Part shown: positions 21,908 through 36,991 of the stretch, one piece after another
Numbering within the stretch: position 1 is the first letter of the stretch
Layout: the number at the start of each line of letters is the position of its first letter
Origin: Eledone cirrhosa
Lineage: Eukaryota
Assembly: GCA_964016885.1 (NCBI GenBank)
Contig: OZ024740.1
Location: 59,210,001 to 59,274,000 of the forward strand
Reading direction: 5' to 3'
Length of the DNA stretch: 64,000 nt
Translations under genes and position numbers: made by a program
Notes under the pieces: generated by a model
Told to the model about the DNA's origin: nothing
The model's input: the letters and a program-made list of their open reading frames with translations, nothing else
The model's database searches: none

Positions 21908-23255
21908 TGACCAAGTTCTAGTTTGTAGGAAAGAAAATAAGGCTGCGGTCTCTTCCGGGAAATGGCCATGCTCAGTGTGTAGGAAAGGCGTAGGTAGAAA
22001 CTCCATTTTATGTCCCAAATGCAAAATATGGGTGCATAAAAGATGTAGTGGGATCACAAGTAAGCTAACTAAGAACATAGATTTTACATGTGGCCGGTGC
22101 TCTGGTGCAATAAGTAGCAGCAAGTGCCCACAAAATACTAGCTCTTTCAATTGCGCAGAGGGTTCTATAGAAATAGTGGACAGCTTCCGTTACCTGGGTG
22201 ACTAAATCAGCAGTGGGGGAGGGTGCTCTGAAAGTACAGTAGCTAGAGTCAGAACTGGATGGAAAAAGTTCAGAGAGCTTATACCACTATTAGCCGCTAA
22301 AGCGTTCTCCCTAAAAATGAAAGGCAGGTTGTATGATGCCTGCATACGAACAGCAATGTTGCATGGCAGTGAGACCTGGGCATTGTGTGCAGAGGATATA
22401 CGCAGACTAGAGAGGAACGAAGCTTGCATGCTCGGCTGGATGTGTAATAGTAATATACGTGAACGGCTAAGCATAAACGAACTAAGGAAAAAATTAGAAA
22501 TAAGAGGGATCAGATGTTGTTTACTCGAGAGAAGGCTACGTTGGTATGGTCACGTGATGCGCATGAAAGACGACAGCTGTATAACAAAGTGCAGGGCAAT
22601 AAAGATAGACAGTAGCCACGGAGTAGGCAGACCCAGAAAAACCTGGGACGACATGATAAATTCCGACCTCACACACTTACACCTCACCAAGACAATGTCA
22701 CTGGACCAAGACCTTTGGCGGTACTCAGTAATAGAGAAGACCCGCCTTACCTAAATACAAAGTAAAACCTACTACTGTCAGTAGGCATCTCTAACAAAAC
22801 ACACCCCCGTCCCACCAACCCCACCCCATCTACACCGCCCCTTTCAATGTAAAGTTATGTTGGTGCCACAACATCCAGGCCGAAACAAATGAGATCGTGT
22901 AGGTGTCACGACAAAAAACACACAGTCCACGCTGTAATGTGGCCGTGTAGGCAACACAGTAAAATCTCCCAGCCCCACACTGTAAATGTGGTTGGTGTTA
23001 GGAAGGGCATCCAGCTGTAGAAAACCCGCCAGACAGACCACGCTGTAATGTGGCCGTGTAGGCAACACGGTAAAAATCTCCCAGCCCCACACTGTAAATG
23101 TGGTTGGTGTTAGGAAGGGCATCCAGCTGTAGAAAACCCGCCAGACAGTCCTATGCGAGCAAGACAATCACTCTTGCCTCAAGTGGGAAAACCCCCGTCC
23201 AAACCCATGCAAGCGTGGAACACGGACGTTAAACGTTGATGGTGATGATGATGAT
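21908..23255 (+). mobile_element. RTE family C, 5'-truncated, with an internal ~110-bp tandem duplication in the 3'UTR
   Basis: ORF pieces 21975-22205 and 22317-22754; the GGAAGGGCATCC module occurs twice (about 23000 and 23112). Confidence 0.9.
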
Positions 23256-23491
23256 ATATAATATATGTATGATATATAATATATATATGATATATAATAT
23301 ATATATATGATATATAATATATATATATATGATATATCTATATGATATATAATATATATATATATATATATGATATATAATATATATATATGATATATAA
23401 TATATATATATGATATATAATATATATATATATGATATATAATATATATATATATATGATATATAATATATATATATATGATATATAATAT

Positions 23492-23654
23492 CATCATCAT
23501 CATCATCAACGTTTAACGTCCGTGTTCCACGCTTGCATGGGTTTGGACGGGGTTTTTCCCACTTGAGGCAAGAGTTATTGTCTTGCTCGCATAGGACTGT
23601 CTGGCGGGTTTTCTACAGCTGGATGCCCTTCCTAACACCAACCACATTTACAGT
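23492..23654 (-). mobile_element. RTE family C 3'-terminal mini-copy
   Basis: Reverse complement of the C tail, starting at ACTGTAAATGTGG. Confidence 0.88.
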
Positions 23655-23701
23655 ATATATATGATATATAATATATATATATGATATATAATATATAATA
23701 T

Positions 23702-26620
23702 CATCATCATCATCATCATCATTTTACGTCCGCTTTTCCCTGCTTGCAAGGGTGGGATGGGTCTTATTCAGCACAGCATCTCTCCAATCGTCACGGTCCT
23801 TCGTCATCTCCACCATGAGCTTTAATGATCTGAGGTCTGTTCTCACCACCTCCACCCATGTTTTTCGTGGTGTACCTCTACCACGTCTTCCTTCAACTGG
23901 TATTTCCTGGCACTTCTTCACCCATCGGTCATCCTCCATGCGCATCACATGTCCATACCGCCTCAGTGTCCTCTCCCGTACACTACATTCTATCCCTCTC
24001 AGACACAGTTTCTCTCTCAACACATTTATGCTGGGTCGTTCACGCACATTTACGCACATTTAACGGAGCATGCTTGCCTCATTTCTCTCCAGCCGTCGCA
24101 TATCCTCTGCAATTGCTGCCCATGTCTCACTACCATGCAGCATCGCGCTTATCACACAGGCATCATACAACCGGCCTTTCGTACGCAGGAGAAACCCTTC
24201 TTCATCAACAGAGGAAGCAGCTCCCTAAACTTCTTCCAACCCGTCCTTATTCTAGATACAATGGCCTCGGAACACCCTCCTCCCATGCTAATCTGATCTC
24301 CTAGATACCGGAAGCTATCCACCACTTCTATAGCGCCCTCCTGCATTTGAAAAATGTGTCTATCAATGCGACTTCTACTGTCAAATTTCCCTGTACATCT
24401 ACTGCATAAATATTTCTCCCTTCCTGTTAGTTTGCCTGCTATCCCGCTACATCTCTTGTGTACCCAGGATCTGCATTGTGTGCATTTTATAGAATTTATG
24501 CCAGTTCCATTTCTGCATATCGAACATGGCCATTTCCCTGACGGAATCAGGGTTTTGTCCTCTTTTCTACTCATCAACACTTTTGTCTTAGCTAGATTCA
24601 CTCTCAGTCCTCTTGCTTCCAACTGTTGTTTCCATAGCCAGAATTTATTCTCTAGCTCCTCTACTGATTCTGTTATAAGAACCAGATCGTCAGCATAAAG
24701 AAGTTCCCATGGACAGCCAGTCTTAAACTCCTCTGTTATGGCTTGGAGGACTATAATGAACAAGAGCGGGCTGAGGACCAAACCCTGATGTACTCCTACT
24801 TGTATCTGGAATTCCTCACTAAACTCCATTCCTACCCTGACTTTACTGAGAGTACCTCTGTACAAAGTTTGCACTGTCCTCACAAGCAATTCCTCAACAC
24901 CTAGTTTCCTTAGGGACCACCAGGTGACAGATCGGGGTACCCTATCAAAGGCCTTCTCTAGGTCAACAAAGGCTAAGTATAGTGGCTTATTCTTCTCTAA
25001 GAACCTCTCTTGCAATTGTCTCACCAAGAAGAGGGCATCTGTTGTACTCTTCCCAGACACAAAACCAACTGCATCTCATCTAGTTTGACCCGTTCTCTAA
25101 TTAGTTGCGCTAAAATCCTTTCTGCCACTTTCATAACCTGATCTATCAGTTTTATACCCCTATAATTGCTCCTCTCCAGAGCATCCACTTTACCTTTGTA
25201 GCAATTTACAAGAATACTGCTGCACCAGTCTTTGGGTATGACACCACCATATATAGCCTCATTGATGATGTGTGCAACCAGTTTAGTGCCTACGTCCCCT
25301 GATGCCTTCAGCATCTCAGCAACTATTCCCGATGGTCCGGCAGCCTTACCATTTTTCATTTCCCTAATCGCCTCTTGGACCCTATAATCGTCAATCTCAA
25401 TAGCTGGTCCCTCTGTCGGATCTACCAAGGGTAATTTCTCTCTCTCCCATTTGTTCTCCACATTCATCAGTCTCTCATAATGACATTTCAAGGCCTCCTT
25501 TTTTCTGATCATTTGTGACACTAAGTACACCGGCATCATCCCGGACACATTTATCTCCAACAACATCCTGATTTGCATTCACACACTGCCTTGCAATGTG
25601 GAACACCGCACGCATCTGATCTTCCCATCGCAGAACATTAGCAAACCTCCTACTCTCTGCCTCCCTGCGTGCTAAGTACACCTGACGTCTAGCTTCTCTC
25701 TTAGTGGCTGTATATTCTTCCCTACTCCCACCCTTTTTCCAAGCCTTCCATGCTAGTCTTTTGTCTCTAATAGCCTTATCTACTGTGCTGTTCCACCACC
25801 AGGTCACTCTTTGTCTGGTTGGAGCTCTGCTCCAGCCACAAGTTTCATTAGTCTGCAGCAAGTTGTCACGTAGGAAATTCCAGTTATTATCTATGTCATA
25901 CGTCTCTAAATCGTCTTCTTTTTCGTCATATACATCTTGAAGGGCTTTCCTAAATTTGTATTTTAGTGAAAGGTCTTTTAGCTTCCAGACCTTTCTTCTC
26001 CACACCTTCCTATATGTCTCATTCCATCTCTTGCTTACTGAGATATCATTAACAACTAACCTATGCTGTGGGGTACATTCTTCCCCAGGGTATGCCTTGG
26101 TATTAGACACTATCTGCCTGTCCCGCTGCCTAACTAGTAAGAAGTCAATCTAGCTTATGTGCTCACCAGATTTGTAGGTTATTAGGTGATTGGCAGGTTT
26201 CTGGAAGTTTGTGCTGCAAATAGTCAATGTAACTGCATCACAAAATTCAAGAAGTCTCACTCCTTCTTCGTTTCTTGAACCGTAACTGTGCCCATCATGT
26301 ACCCCAGTGTAACCATCCTGGAGCTGTCCAACATGACCATTGAAGTCTCCTGCTAGCATAACGATGTCTCCGTCCTCTGTCATTGCGGTTGTTTGCAAAA
26401 GTTGCTCATAAAAGCAGTCTTTCTCATCTTTGCATAGGCCTGCTTGGGGAGCATAGGCCGAGATGATTGTCAGTAGTCTCCTACCTACAACTAATCTAAG
26501 CTTAATTATTCGATTACTAACTCAAACTACCTCTATTGTCTTATTGATCCATTTCTCAGCCAGGAAAATGCCTACTCCCCCTAACCCATCATCCTTACCT
26601 ACCCAGAATAGCTTATAGCT
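23702..26620 (-). mobile_element. RTE family A, decayed, 5'-truncated within the APE domain
   Basis: Frameshifted ORF pieces with GDFNGH, PQHRLV, YADD, PHD finger, and end KTHPTLASREKRT* followed by the tail. Confidence 0.92.
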
Positions 26621-26813
26621 AATATATATATAAATGATATATAATATATTATATATATATATATAATATATAATATATATAATATATTATATATATATAT
26701 ATGTAATATATAATATAATATATAATATATATAATATATAATGTAATATATAATATAATATATAATATAATATATAATATATATAATATATAATATAATA
26801 TATAATATATATA

Positions 26814-26853
<40 letters not shown>

Positions 26854-26913
26854 ATATATATGATATATATATATATATAATATATATATATATAATATAT
26901 AATATATATATTA

Positions 26914-27898
26914 TCTATATATATAAAACTGAGGTTGTCTGTCTGTCTATCGATTTTTGGCACACATCTCCTCTTAGAATCTCTCACGGAATTGCACCGA
27001 AATTGCTATACTTGTACATTGAGCCCTAGCGAAGACATCGGAAAAAAAATATTTCAAATTGACCCGCCCTATCTGACGAAATCGAATATAATGTATCGAT
27101 TTTTGAGCGTAAGTTATCAGTTATTTCCCTTTGTTCTGTTTACATTGAGCGTCCTACGTAAAAAATTACGCTGGCTTTCTCAGCGTTTAAAATGACATTA
27201 ACACAATACATGAACAGTTGTCGAGCCAGCAAAATATTGACCTGCAAAATTCATCAGTTCGAACACTAAGCTTCCGTTTTGCTTCATTTCCATTTAAAAG
27301 CATTTTAAAACAATATTTTTACTTGAAAACAAGTCTATTTAAAGACTACGTAAAACAAGCAAATATTTCGTCGTTAGGCGTGCAGACAGACAGTCGTGCA
27401 GACAGACAGTCGTGCAGAGAGGTGATATACGCGTGCAGACAGACAGTCGTGCAGAGAGGTGATATAGGCGTGCAGACAGACAGTCGTGCAGAGAGGTGAT
27501 ATAGGCGTGCAGACAGACAGTCGTGCAGAGAGGTGATATAGGCGTGCAGACAGACAGTCGTGCAGAGAGGTGATATAGGCGTGCAGACAGACATAACTGA
27601 TAATTTGGTTACGCTAATGTTTTTCTCTGCGTTGCAGTGTTTACATTTTCGATCTTTGTTAATAAATAACCAGTGCAGTTTCTATCCCCAGCATCCTCTT
27701 TTGTTATAACATTCGGGTTATCGTTATGTTTTCTTAACTTCATAAGGCATATTGTTGGTTGAGGGAATATTAATCAAAAACACCACATGCAAGTCTGCAC
27801 AGTAGACACTACAGTTTTTAAGCCAAGAAAGAAACTTAACATTGTAACTTTAACACAGCTACTGAGCGACCCCGAGCAACGCCAGGCTTTACTGCTAG
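26914..27898 (+). mobile_element. Non-autonomous Helitron
   Basis: A|TC start (TCTATATATATAAAACTGAGG), GC-rich imperfect subterminal hairpin CCCGAGCAACGCCAGG, CTAG|T end, no TSD, internal minisatellite. Confidence 0.82.
27377..27592. repeat. 37-bp minisatellite inside the Helitron (about 5-6 units)
   Basis: GGCGTGCAGACAGACAGTCGTGCAGAGAGGTGATATA repeats with period 37 (e.g. 27504, 27541). Confidence 0.92.
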
Positions 27899-27989
27899 TA
27901 TATAATATATATATATGATATATAATATATATATGATATAATAGATAATATATATATGATATATAATATATATATATGAAATATAATAT

Positions 27990-28940
27990 CAAACAGCCAC
28001 AGGAAACAAGTACCACCAATCTCTGGGAGGGCCCTGTAGAAACAGTAGACAGCTTCTGCTACCTAGGTGACCGAATTAGCAACGGAGGTGGGTGCTCAGA
28101 AAGTACAATAACTAGGGTAAGAACGGGATGGAAGAAGTTTAGGGAACTACTACCACTGCTAGCTGCAAAAGGCTTCTCCCTCAGAATGAAAGGCAGACTG
28201 TATGATGCGTGTATCCGAACAGCGATGTTGCATGGTAGTGAGACCTGGGCGCTGAAGGTGGAAGACTTACGTAGATTAGAGAGAAACGAAGCCTGCATGC
28301 TCCGATGGATGTGTAACAGTAATATACGTGAACGACAAAGCATAAATGAATTCAGAGAGAGACTGAGCATAAGAGGAATCAAATGCTGCGTGCAGGAGAG
28401 GCGGTTACGCTGGTATGGACATGTGATGCGTATGAAGGATGACAGCTGCATAAAAAGGTGCAGAGCACTAGAAGTTGATGGAAACCGCGGAGTGGGGAGA
28501 CCCAAGATGACTTGGGATGAGGTGATAAAAGCCGACCTTACCCAACTACACCTCTCAAAGTCAATGACACACGACCGTGACTTCTGGCGTCACGCAGTAA
28601 TACAGGGTACCCGACCTCCCATGGGTACATGCTGAAGCATATAAACAATATGCCCCCCCCCCCCACCGCAAGGTGGTCGTGGAGGTGCCACGGCAAAAAA
28701 GCACCCAGCCCACACTGTAAAGTGGACGTGTAGGCGCCACGAAAAAGCACCCAGCACTCACTGTAAATGAGGTTGGTGTTAGGAAGGGCATCCAGCTGTA
28801 GAAATCAAGCCAGATCAGTTCCTGTATGAGCAAGGCATGGTCAGCCGACCAGACACTGCCCACAACAGGACAACCCGTCTAACCCATGCTAGCGTGGAAG
28901 AACGGACGTAAAACGGTGATGATGATGATGATGATGATGA
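27990..28940 (+). mobile_element. RTE family B, 5'-truncated copy
   Basis: ORF 27976-28635 matches the B C-terminus; 3'UTR and tail present. Confidence 0.93.
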
Positions 28941-29085
28941 TATATAATATATATATGATATATAATATATATATGATATATAATATATATATGATATATA
29001 ATATATATATGTTATAAAATATATATATATAATATATATATGATATATAATATATATATATATGATATATATATATGATATATAT

Positions 29086-29782
29086 CATCATCATCATTTA
29101 ACGTCCGTCTTCCACGCTAGCATGGGTCTGGATGGGAATTGTCCCACTTGAGGCAAGATTGCTCAGGACTGTCTAGCGGGTTTTATACGTCTGGATGCCC
29201 TTCCTAACACCAACCAAGTTTACAGTGTGGACTGGGAGGTTTTTATCGTGTTACCTACACGTCCATATTACAGCGTGGACTGTGTGTTATGGTATGTAAA
29301 AGAGACTGACTAATACATAGTTACAATTTCAAGGAAATCGGTCAGACGTAACGCCTCAAAAAACCTCTAAACGTGTTAAACAAAGCAGTTTTTCACCTAA
29401 TGCGGGCCCAAGGAGATAATAAAAATTTTTCACATGTAAAGTTTGAAAAAAATCGGTTGGGTACTTCTCGAGTACCCATCACAGACATCCCCAGGGAAGT
29501 GACGTAACGCAGACAGTCAGTCATACAGACAGATATTATAAGGGCACGACGTTATAAGTATGTATCTATCTAAAAAGAGAAATACTAAGAATTATAGAGC
29601 GAGATCGCTAAATCGCCTAAGTTGTTCCCTGGGACATAGCAAATTTGAAATTCTTTTTGCCCAGAACACTCGCTGAAACATAAGTATTACATGTGTAAAG
29701 TTTGACAACAGTCGGTTGGGTGGTTCGCGAATTTCAGGGATTTGAACTCACACACAGACATCCTCAGTTTTATATATATAGA
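29086..29782 (-). mobile_element. Helitron-head/RTE-tail chimeric element, copy 3
   Basis: Same structure and junction as 6689-7390, with many substitutions. Confidence 0.75.
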
Positions 29783-29819
29783 TATATATATGAAATACAC
29801 TATATATATATATGTTATG

Positions 29820-29878
<59 letters not shown>

Positions 29879-30775
29879 ATAGATATAGATATATTATATA
29901 TGATATATAATATATATATGATATATAATATATATGATATATAATATATATATGTATTATATATATATGATATATAATATATATATATGATATATAATAT
30001 ATATATATGATATATGATATATAATATATATATATGATATATAATATATATATATGTTATATAATATATATATATGATATATAATTTATATATATGATAT
30101 ATAATATATATATATACATGATATATGATATATAATATATATATAGATATGATATATAATATAAATATATATATGATATATAATATATATATATATGATA
30201 TATATGATATATATGATATATAATATATATATGATATATAATATATATATATATATGATATCTAATATATATATATGATATGTAATATATATATGATATA
30301 TATATATATGATATATAATATATATATATGATATATAATATATATATATATATGATATATAATATATATATGATATATATATATATGATATATAATATAT
30401 ATATATATGATATATAATATATATATATATGATATAAAATATATATATATAAGATATATAATATATATATATGATATATAATATATATATATATATGATA
30501 TATAATATATATATGATATATAATATATATATGATATATAATATATATGATATATAATATATATATATGATATATAATATATATATGATATATATATATA
30601 TGATATATAATATATATATATATGATATATAATATATATATATATATATAATATATATATATATATATGATATATAATATATATATGATATATAATATAT
30701 ATATATATGATATATAATATATATATATGATATATAATATATATATATATGATATATATATATAATATATAATAT

Positions 30776-31240
30776 GAAATATAAGAATCAAAGAACTGTT
30801 CAAAACATTATTGTGCTTACAGCTGTTTCCTCCAAACCGAGGTTTGGATTCTTCGGAGCAATTTATTAATGAATGGACAGTTATATGACCTCCTTTTCAG
30901 CCAAGAGACATACCGATACATATGCAAATATTGTGGGTCAACATTCATTACAGCATTTAGAGTGGCAGTACATACTTCGAGATTACATTCATATTAAGAG
31001 GTACAATCAAAAATCAAAAATACAGGTTAAAATACAACATGAAGATAAGCGGTTATATAGTGAAAATGTTATATGTGTGGCAAGCACGTGCGTCTTGTTT
31101 ATATAGTGTGGCAGAGAGTTACGTGTGGTAGGAGCACTTAGGTAGGTAAACAAGTGTGTTAGATTGGTTGATCTGGTGGCAAATTCTCTATATGATTGTT
31201 ATAGTCTGTGTGTGGAGAAATGATATAAGCATTAAATTAA
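30776..31240 (-). mobile_element. Probable PLE 3'-end relic with a hammerhead-like motif
   Basis: Non-coding island in (TA)n; minus strand 30814-30860 reads UGCU-CCGAAGA-A-UCCAAACC uc GGUUUGGA-G-GAAA-CAGCUG-UA-AGCA. Confidence 0.5.
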
Positions 31241-31869
31241 TACTATAATATATAATATATATATATAATATATATATATTATATATATATATATATAATA
31301 TATATATATATATATAATATAATATATAATATAATATATATATATAATATATGATATAATATATAATATATATAATATTTATATATGATATATAATATAT
31401 ATATATGATATATAATATATATATATATATAATATATAATATATAATATATATATATAATATATAATATATAATATATATATATATGATATATAATATAT
31501 ATATATATAATATATGTATATGATATACAATATACAGATATATAATATATAATATGTATATATGATATATAATATATATATATATGATATATATCATATA
31601 TATATGATATATAATATATATATATATATATATATGATATATAATATATATATATATGATATATAATATATATATATGATATGTAATCTATATATATATA
31701 TGATATATAATATATATATATATGATATATAATATACATATATATTTGATATATAATATATATATATATATGATATATAATATATATATATATATATAAT
31801 ATATATATATATGATATAGTATATATATATGATATATAATATTATATATATGATATATATATGATATAT

Positions 31870-32195
31870 CATCATCATCATCATCATCACCGTTTTACGT
31901 CCGTTCTTCCATGCTAGCATGGGTTAGACGGGTTGTCCTGTTGTGTGCAGTGTCTGGTCGGCTGACCATGCCTTGCTCATACAGGAACTGATTTGGCTTA
32001 ATTTCGGGGGGGGGGGGCATATTGTTTATATGCTTCAGCATGTACCCATGGGAGGTCGTGTACTCTGTATTACTGTGTGACGCCAGAAGTCACGGTCGGG
32101 TGTCATTGTCTTTGAGAGGTGTAATTGGGTAAGGTCGGGTTTTATCACCTCATCCCAGGTCATCTTGGGTCTCCCCACTCCGCAGTTTCCATCAA
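31870..32195 (-). mobile_element. RTE family B 3' fragment with an internal 3'UTR deletion
   Basis: B tail jumps at about 32005 directly to the G-run, skipping the structured cassette. Confidence 0.85.
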
Positions 32196-32962
32196 TATAT
32201 TAAATATCATATATGATATATATGATATTTAATATATATATGATATATAATATATATATGTTTATGATATATAATATATATATGATATATAATATATATA
32301 TGTTTATGATATATAATATATATATGATATATAATATATATATATGATATATAATATATATATATGTATATGATATATAATATATATATGATATATAATA
32401 TATATATTATATATAATATATATATGATATATAATATATATATATATATATATGATATATAATATATATATATATGATATAATATATGTATATATAATAT
32501 ATTATATATATATGATATATAATGTATATATATATGATATAATATATATATATATATAATATATATATATATATGATATATAATATATATATATGATATA
32601 TAATATATATATATATATGATATATAATATATATATATATATGATATATAATATATATATATATGATATATAATATATATATATATATATGATATATAAT
32701 ATATATATATATATATGATATATAATATATATATGATATATGATATAATATATATATATGATATATAATATATATATATTATATAATATATATATATATG
32801 ATATATAATGTATATATATATATGATATATAATATATATATGATATATATATATGATATATAATATATATATATGATATATAATATATATATGATATATA
32901 TATATATGATATATAATATATAAATATATATGATATATAATATCTATATATATATATTATAT

Positions 32963-33426
32963 CACCATCATCATCATCATCACCGTTTTACGTCCGTTCT
33001 TCCACGCTAGCATGGGTTAGACGGGTTGTCCTGTTGTGGGCAGTGTCTGGTCGGCTGATCATGCCTTGCTCATACAGGAACTGATTTGGCTTGATTTCTG
33101 CAGCTGGATGCCCTTCCTAACACCAACCTTATTTACAGTGAGTGCTGGGTGCTTTTTCGTGGCGCCTACACGTCCACTTTACAGTGTGGGCTGGGTGCTT
33201 TTTTGCCGTGGCACCTCCACGACCACCTTGCGGTGGTGGGTGTGGGGGTATATTGTCTGTATGCTTCAGCTTGTACCCATGGGAGGTCGGGTACTCTGTA
33301 TTACTGTGTGACGCCAGAAGTCACGGTCGGGTGTCATTGTCTTTGAGAGGTGCAATTGGGTAAGGTCGGGTTTTATCACCTCATCCCAGGTCATCTTGGG
33401 TCTCCCCACTCCGCAGTTTCCATCAA
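32963..33426 (-). mobile_element. RTE family B 3' fragment
   Basis: B 3'UTR and ORF end; same truncation point and flank as 31870-32195. Confidence 0.9.
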
Positions 33427-33575
33427 TATATTAAATATCATATATGATATATATGATATTTAATATATATATGATATATAATATATATATGTTTATGATA
33501 TATAATATATATATGATATATAATATATATATGTTTATGATATATAATATATATATTATATATAATATATATATG

Positions 33576-33608
<33 letters not shown>

Positions 33609-34311
33609 GATATATAATATATATATATATATATGATATAATATATGTATATATAATATATTATATTTATATGATATATAATGTATATATATATGATATA
33701 ATATATATATATATATAATATATATATATATATGATATATAATATATATATGATATATAATATATATATATATGATATATAATATATATATATGATATAT
33801 AATATATATATATATGATATATAATATATATATATGATATATAATATATATATATGATATATAATATATATATATGATATATAATATATATATATATGAT
33901 ATATTATATATATATGATATATATAATATATATATATATATATATGATATATAATATATATATATATATATATGATATATAATATATATATATATATGAT
34001 ATATAATATATATATGATATATGATATATAATATATATATATGATATATAATATATATATATTATATAATATATATATATATGATATATAATATATATAT
34101 ATTATATAATATATATATATATGATATATAATGTATATATATATATGATATATAATATATATATGATATATATATATGATATATAATATATATATATGAT
34201 ATATAATATATATATATATATATGATATATAATATATATATGATATATATATATATGATATATAATATATAAATATATATGATATATAATATCTATATAT
34301 ATATATTATAT

Positions 34312-35049
34312 CACCATCATCATCATCATCACCGTTTTACGTCCGTTCTTCCACGCTAGCATGGGTTAGACGGGTTGTCCTGTTGTGTGCAGTGTCTGGT
34401 CGGCTGACCATGCCTTGCTCATACAGGAACTGATTTGGCTTGATTTCTGCAGCTGGATGCCCTTCCTAACACCAACCTCATTTACAGTGAGTGCTGGGTG
34501 CTTTTTCGTGGCGCCTACACGTGCACTTTACAGTGTGGGCTGGGTGCTTTTTTGCCGTGGCACCTCCACGACCACCTTGCGGTGGCGGGTGTGGGGGTAT
34601 ATTGTCTGTATGCTTCAGCTTGTACCCATGGGAGGTCGGGTACTCTGTATTACTGTGTGACGCCAGAAGTCACGGTCGGGTGTCATTGTCTTTGAGAGGT
34701 GCAATTGGGTAAGGTCGGGTTTTATCACTTCATCCCAAGTCATCTTGGGTCTCCCCACTCCGCGGTTTCCATCAACTTTTCGTGCTCTGCACCTTTTTGA
34801 AATATGAAATCCTTCATATGCATCACATGTCCATACCAGCGCAACCGCCTCTCCTGCACACAGCATTTGATTCCTCTTATGCTCAGTCTCTCTCTCTCAA
34901 TTCATTTATGCTTTGTCGTTCACGTATATTACTGTTACACATCCATCGGAGCATGCAGGCTTCGTTTCTTTCTAATCTACATAAGTCTTCCACCTTCAGC
35001 GCCCAGGTCTCACTACCATGTAACATTGCTGTTCGGATACACGCATCAT
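34312..35049 (-). mobile_element. RTE family B 3' fragment, decayed
   Basis: B 3'UTR plus frameshifted C-terminal coding sequence. Confidence 0.9.
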
Positions 35050-35057
35050 TATATATA

Positions 35058-35088
<31 letters not shown>

Positions 35089-35807
35089 GATATATGATAT
35101 ATATATATGATATATAATATATATATGATATATATATATATGATATATAATATATATATATAATATATAATATATATATATATGATATATAATATATATA
35201 TATGATATATAATATATATATGATATATATATATATGATATATAATATATATATATATATGATATATAACATATATATATATATGATATATAATATATAT
35301 ATATGATATATAATATATATATATATATATGATATATAATATATATATATATGATATATAATATATATATATATATGATATATAATATATATATATGATA
35401 TATATTATATATATATATATGATATATAATATATACATGATATATAATATATATAAATATGATATATAATATATATATATGATATATAATATATATATGA
35501 TATATAATATATATATGATATATAATATATATATGATATATAATATATATATGATATATAATATATATATATATATGATATATAATATATATTTATGATA
35601 TATAATATATATATATATATGATATATAATATATACATGATATATAATATATATATATATATGATATATAATATATATATATGATATATAATATATATAT
35701 GATATATAATATATATATGATATATAATATATATATGATATATAATATATATATGATATATAATATATATATGATATATAATATATATATATATATATGA
35801 CATATAT

Positions 35808-36625
35808 ATTTATTCAGGTTTGAGGTTCACCACTGTATAGAGCTGGTCTATTCCGTATGGTCAATCGTAATGCAATAATATAGAGAGTACTCAACGTAAA
35901 GCAGTTCAATCGTCTCTTAACCGCCACATAGTACCTTTAAATTACAGATCAAATCGGAACTATTAGATATATCAACCTGAAAATGTTAAACTGTTTAACT
36001 TTAAATTTTCTAACCTCCTTAATATTGAATATTGATTATTAATTTTTTAACTTCATCCTATCAGTCTAAACATTTTAACACACTGACTCCCAATATATTC
36101 ACCTCTGCTAAGATGCGGGTCCTTATGAAAATTTTCTCGTGCCACTCCTGGCCTGACTGTGGTCTGACATTAATATCGATCTTTCTTCCTCTTTCTTTCT
36201 ATCTTCCTTCTTGTAGCCATCAACCCTTACCTTTCTACTTCTCTCTTCTCTTCCTTCTCTTCTCCCCTCTTCTTGTCTTCCTCCCACAGACTTATCTTCC
36301 TTCCCCCATTTGTTTGCCTATATCTGACCGGTAGTAGTTGTCTTTCTTCTTATAGCTGACATTAACCCTGGCTTCTCTTCTTCTTCCTCCCCCCTTCTTC
36401 TCTATCCTTCCTTTCTTTCTTTCTTTTATCTTGTGGCATGAGATTGACGCTAACTTATGTTCCCATCCCTTTCTGTTTTCGTTTATCTGACCGGTAGTAG
36501 CACACTGTGAACTTTAGCCACGTCACTCGAGGGCGACCGGCTGAGGTTGAAGGAGCGGAATAGCGGTCGACTTCGGGTCCTCGATTTTCAGCCCCATGGA
36601 TTTTATCTATTACATTCACGTATTA
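35808..36625. other. Unclassified non-coding insert with a pyrimidine-rich tract
   Basis: Non-microsatellite island with no credible ORF; minus strand ends CCTGAATAAAT running into (TA)n. Confidence 0.35.
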
Positions 36626-36687
36626 TAAATATTATATATATATTATATATCATATGTATATATTATAGATATTTTATATATCATATT

Positions 36688-36875
36688 TAGGTAACACGGT
36701 AAAAACCTCCCAGTCCCACACTGTAAATGTGGTTAGTGTTAGGAAGGGCATCCAACTGTAGAAAACCTGCCAGACAGTCCTATGCGAGCAAGACAATCAC
36801 TCTTGCCTCAAGTGGGAATACCCCCGTCCAAACCCATGCAAGCGTGGAACACGGACGTTAAACGTTGATGATGAT
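36688..36875 (+). mobile_element. RTE family C 3'-terminal mini-copy
   Basis: C 3'UTR from AGGTAACACGG to (GAT)n. Confidence 0.88.
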
Positions 36876-36960
36876 ATATAATAATATATATATGATATAT
36901 AATATATCTATGATATATATATATATATGATATATAATATATATATATATATGATATATA

Positions 36961-36991
<31 letters not shown>

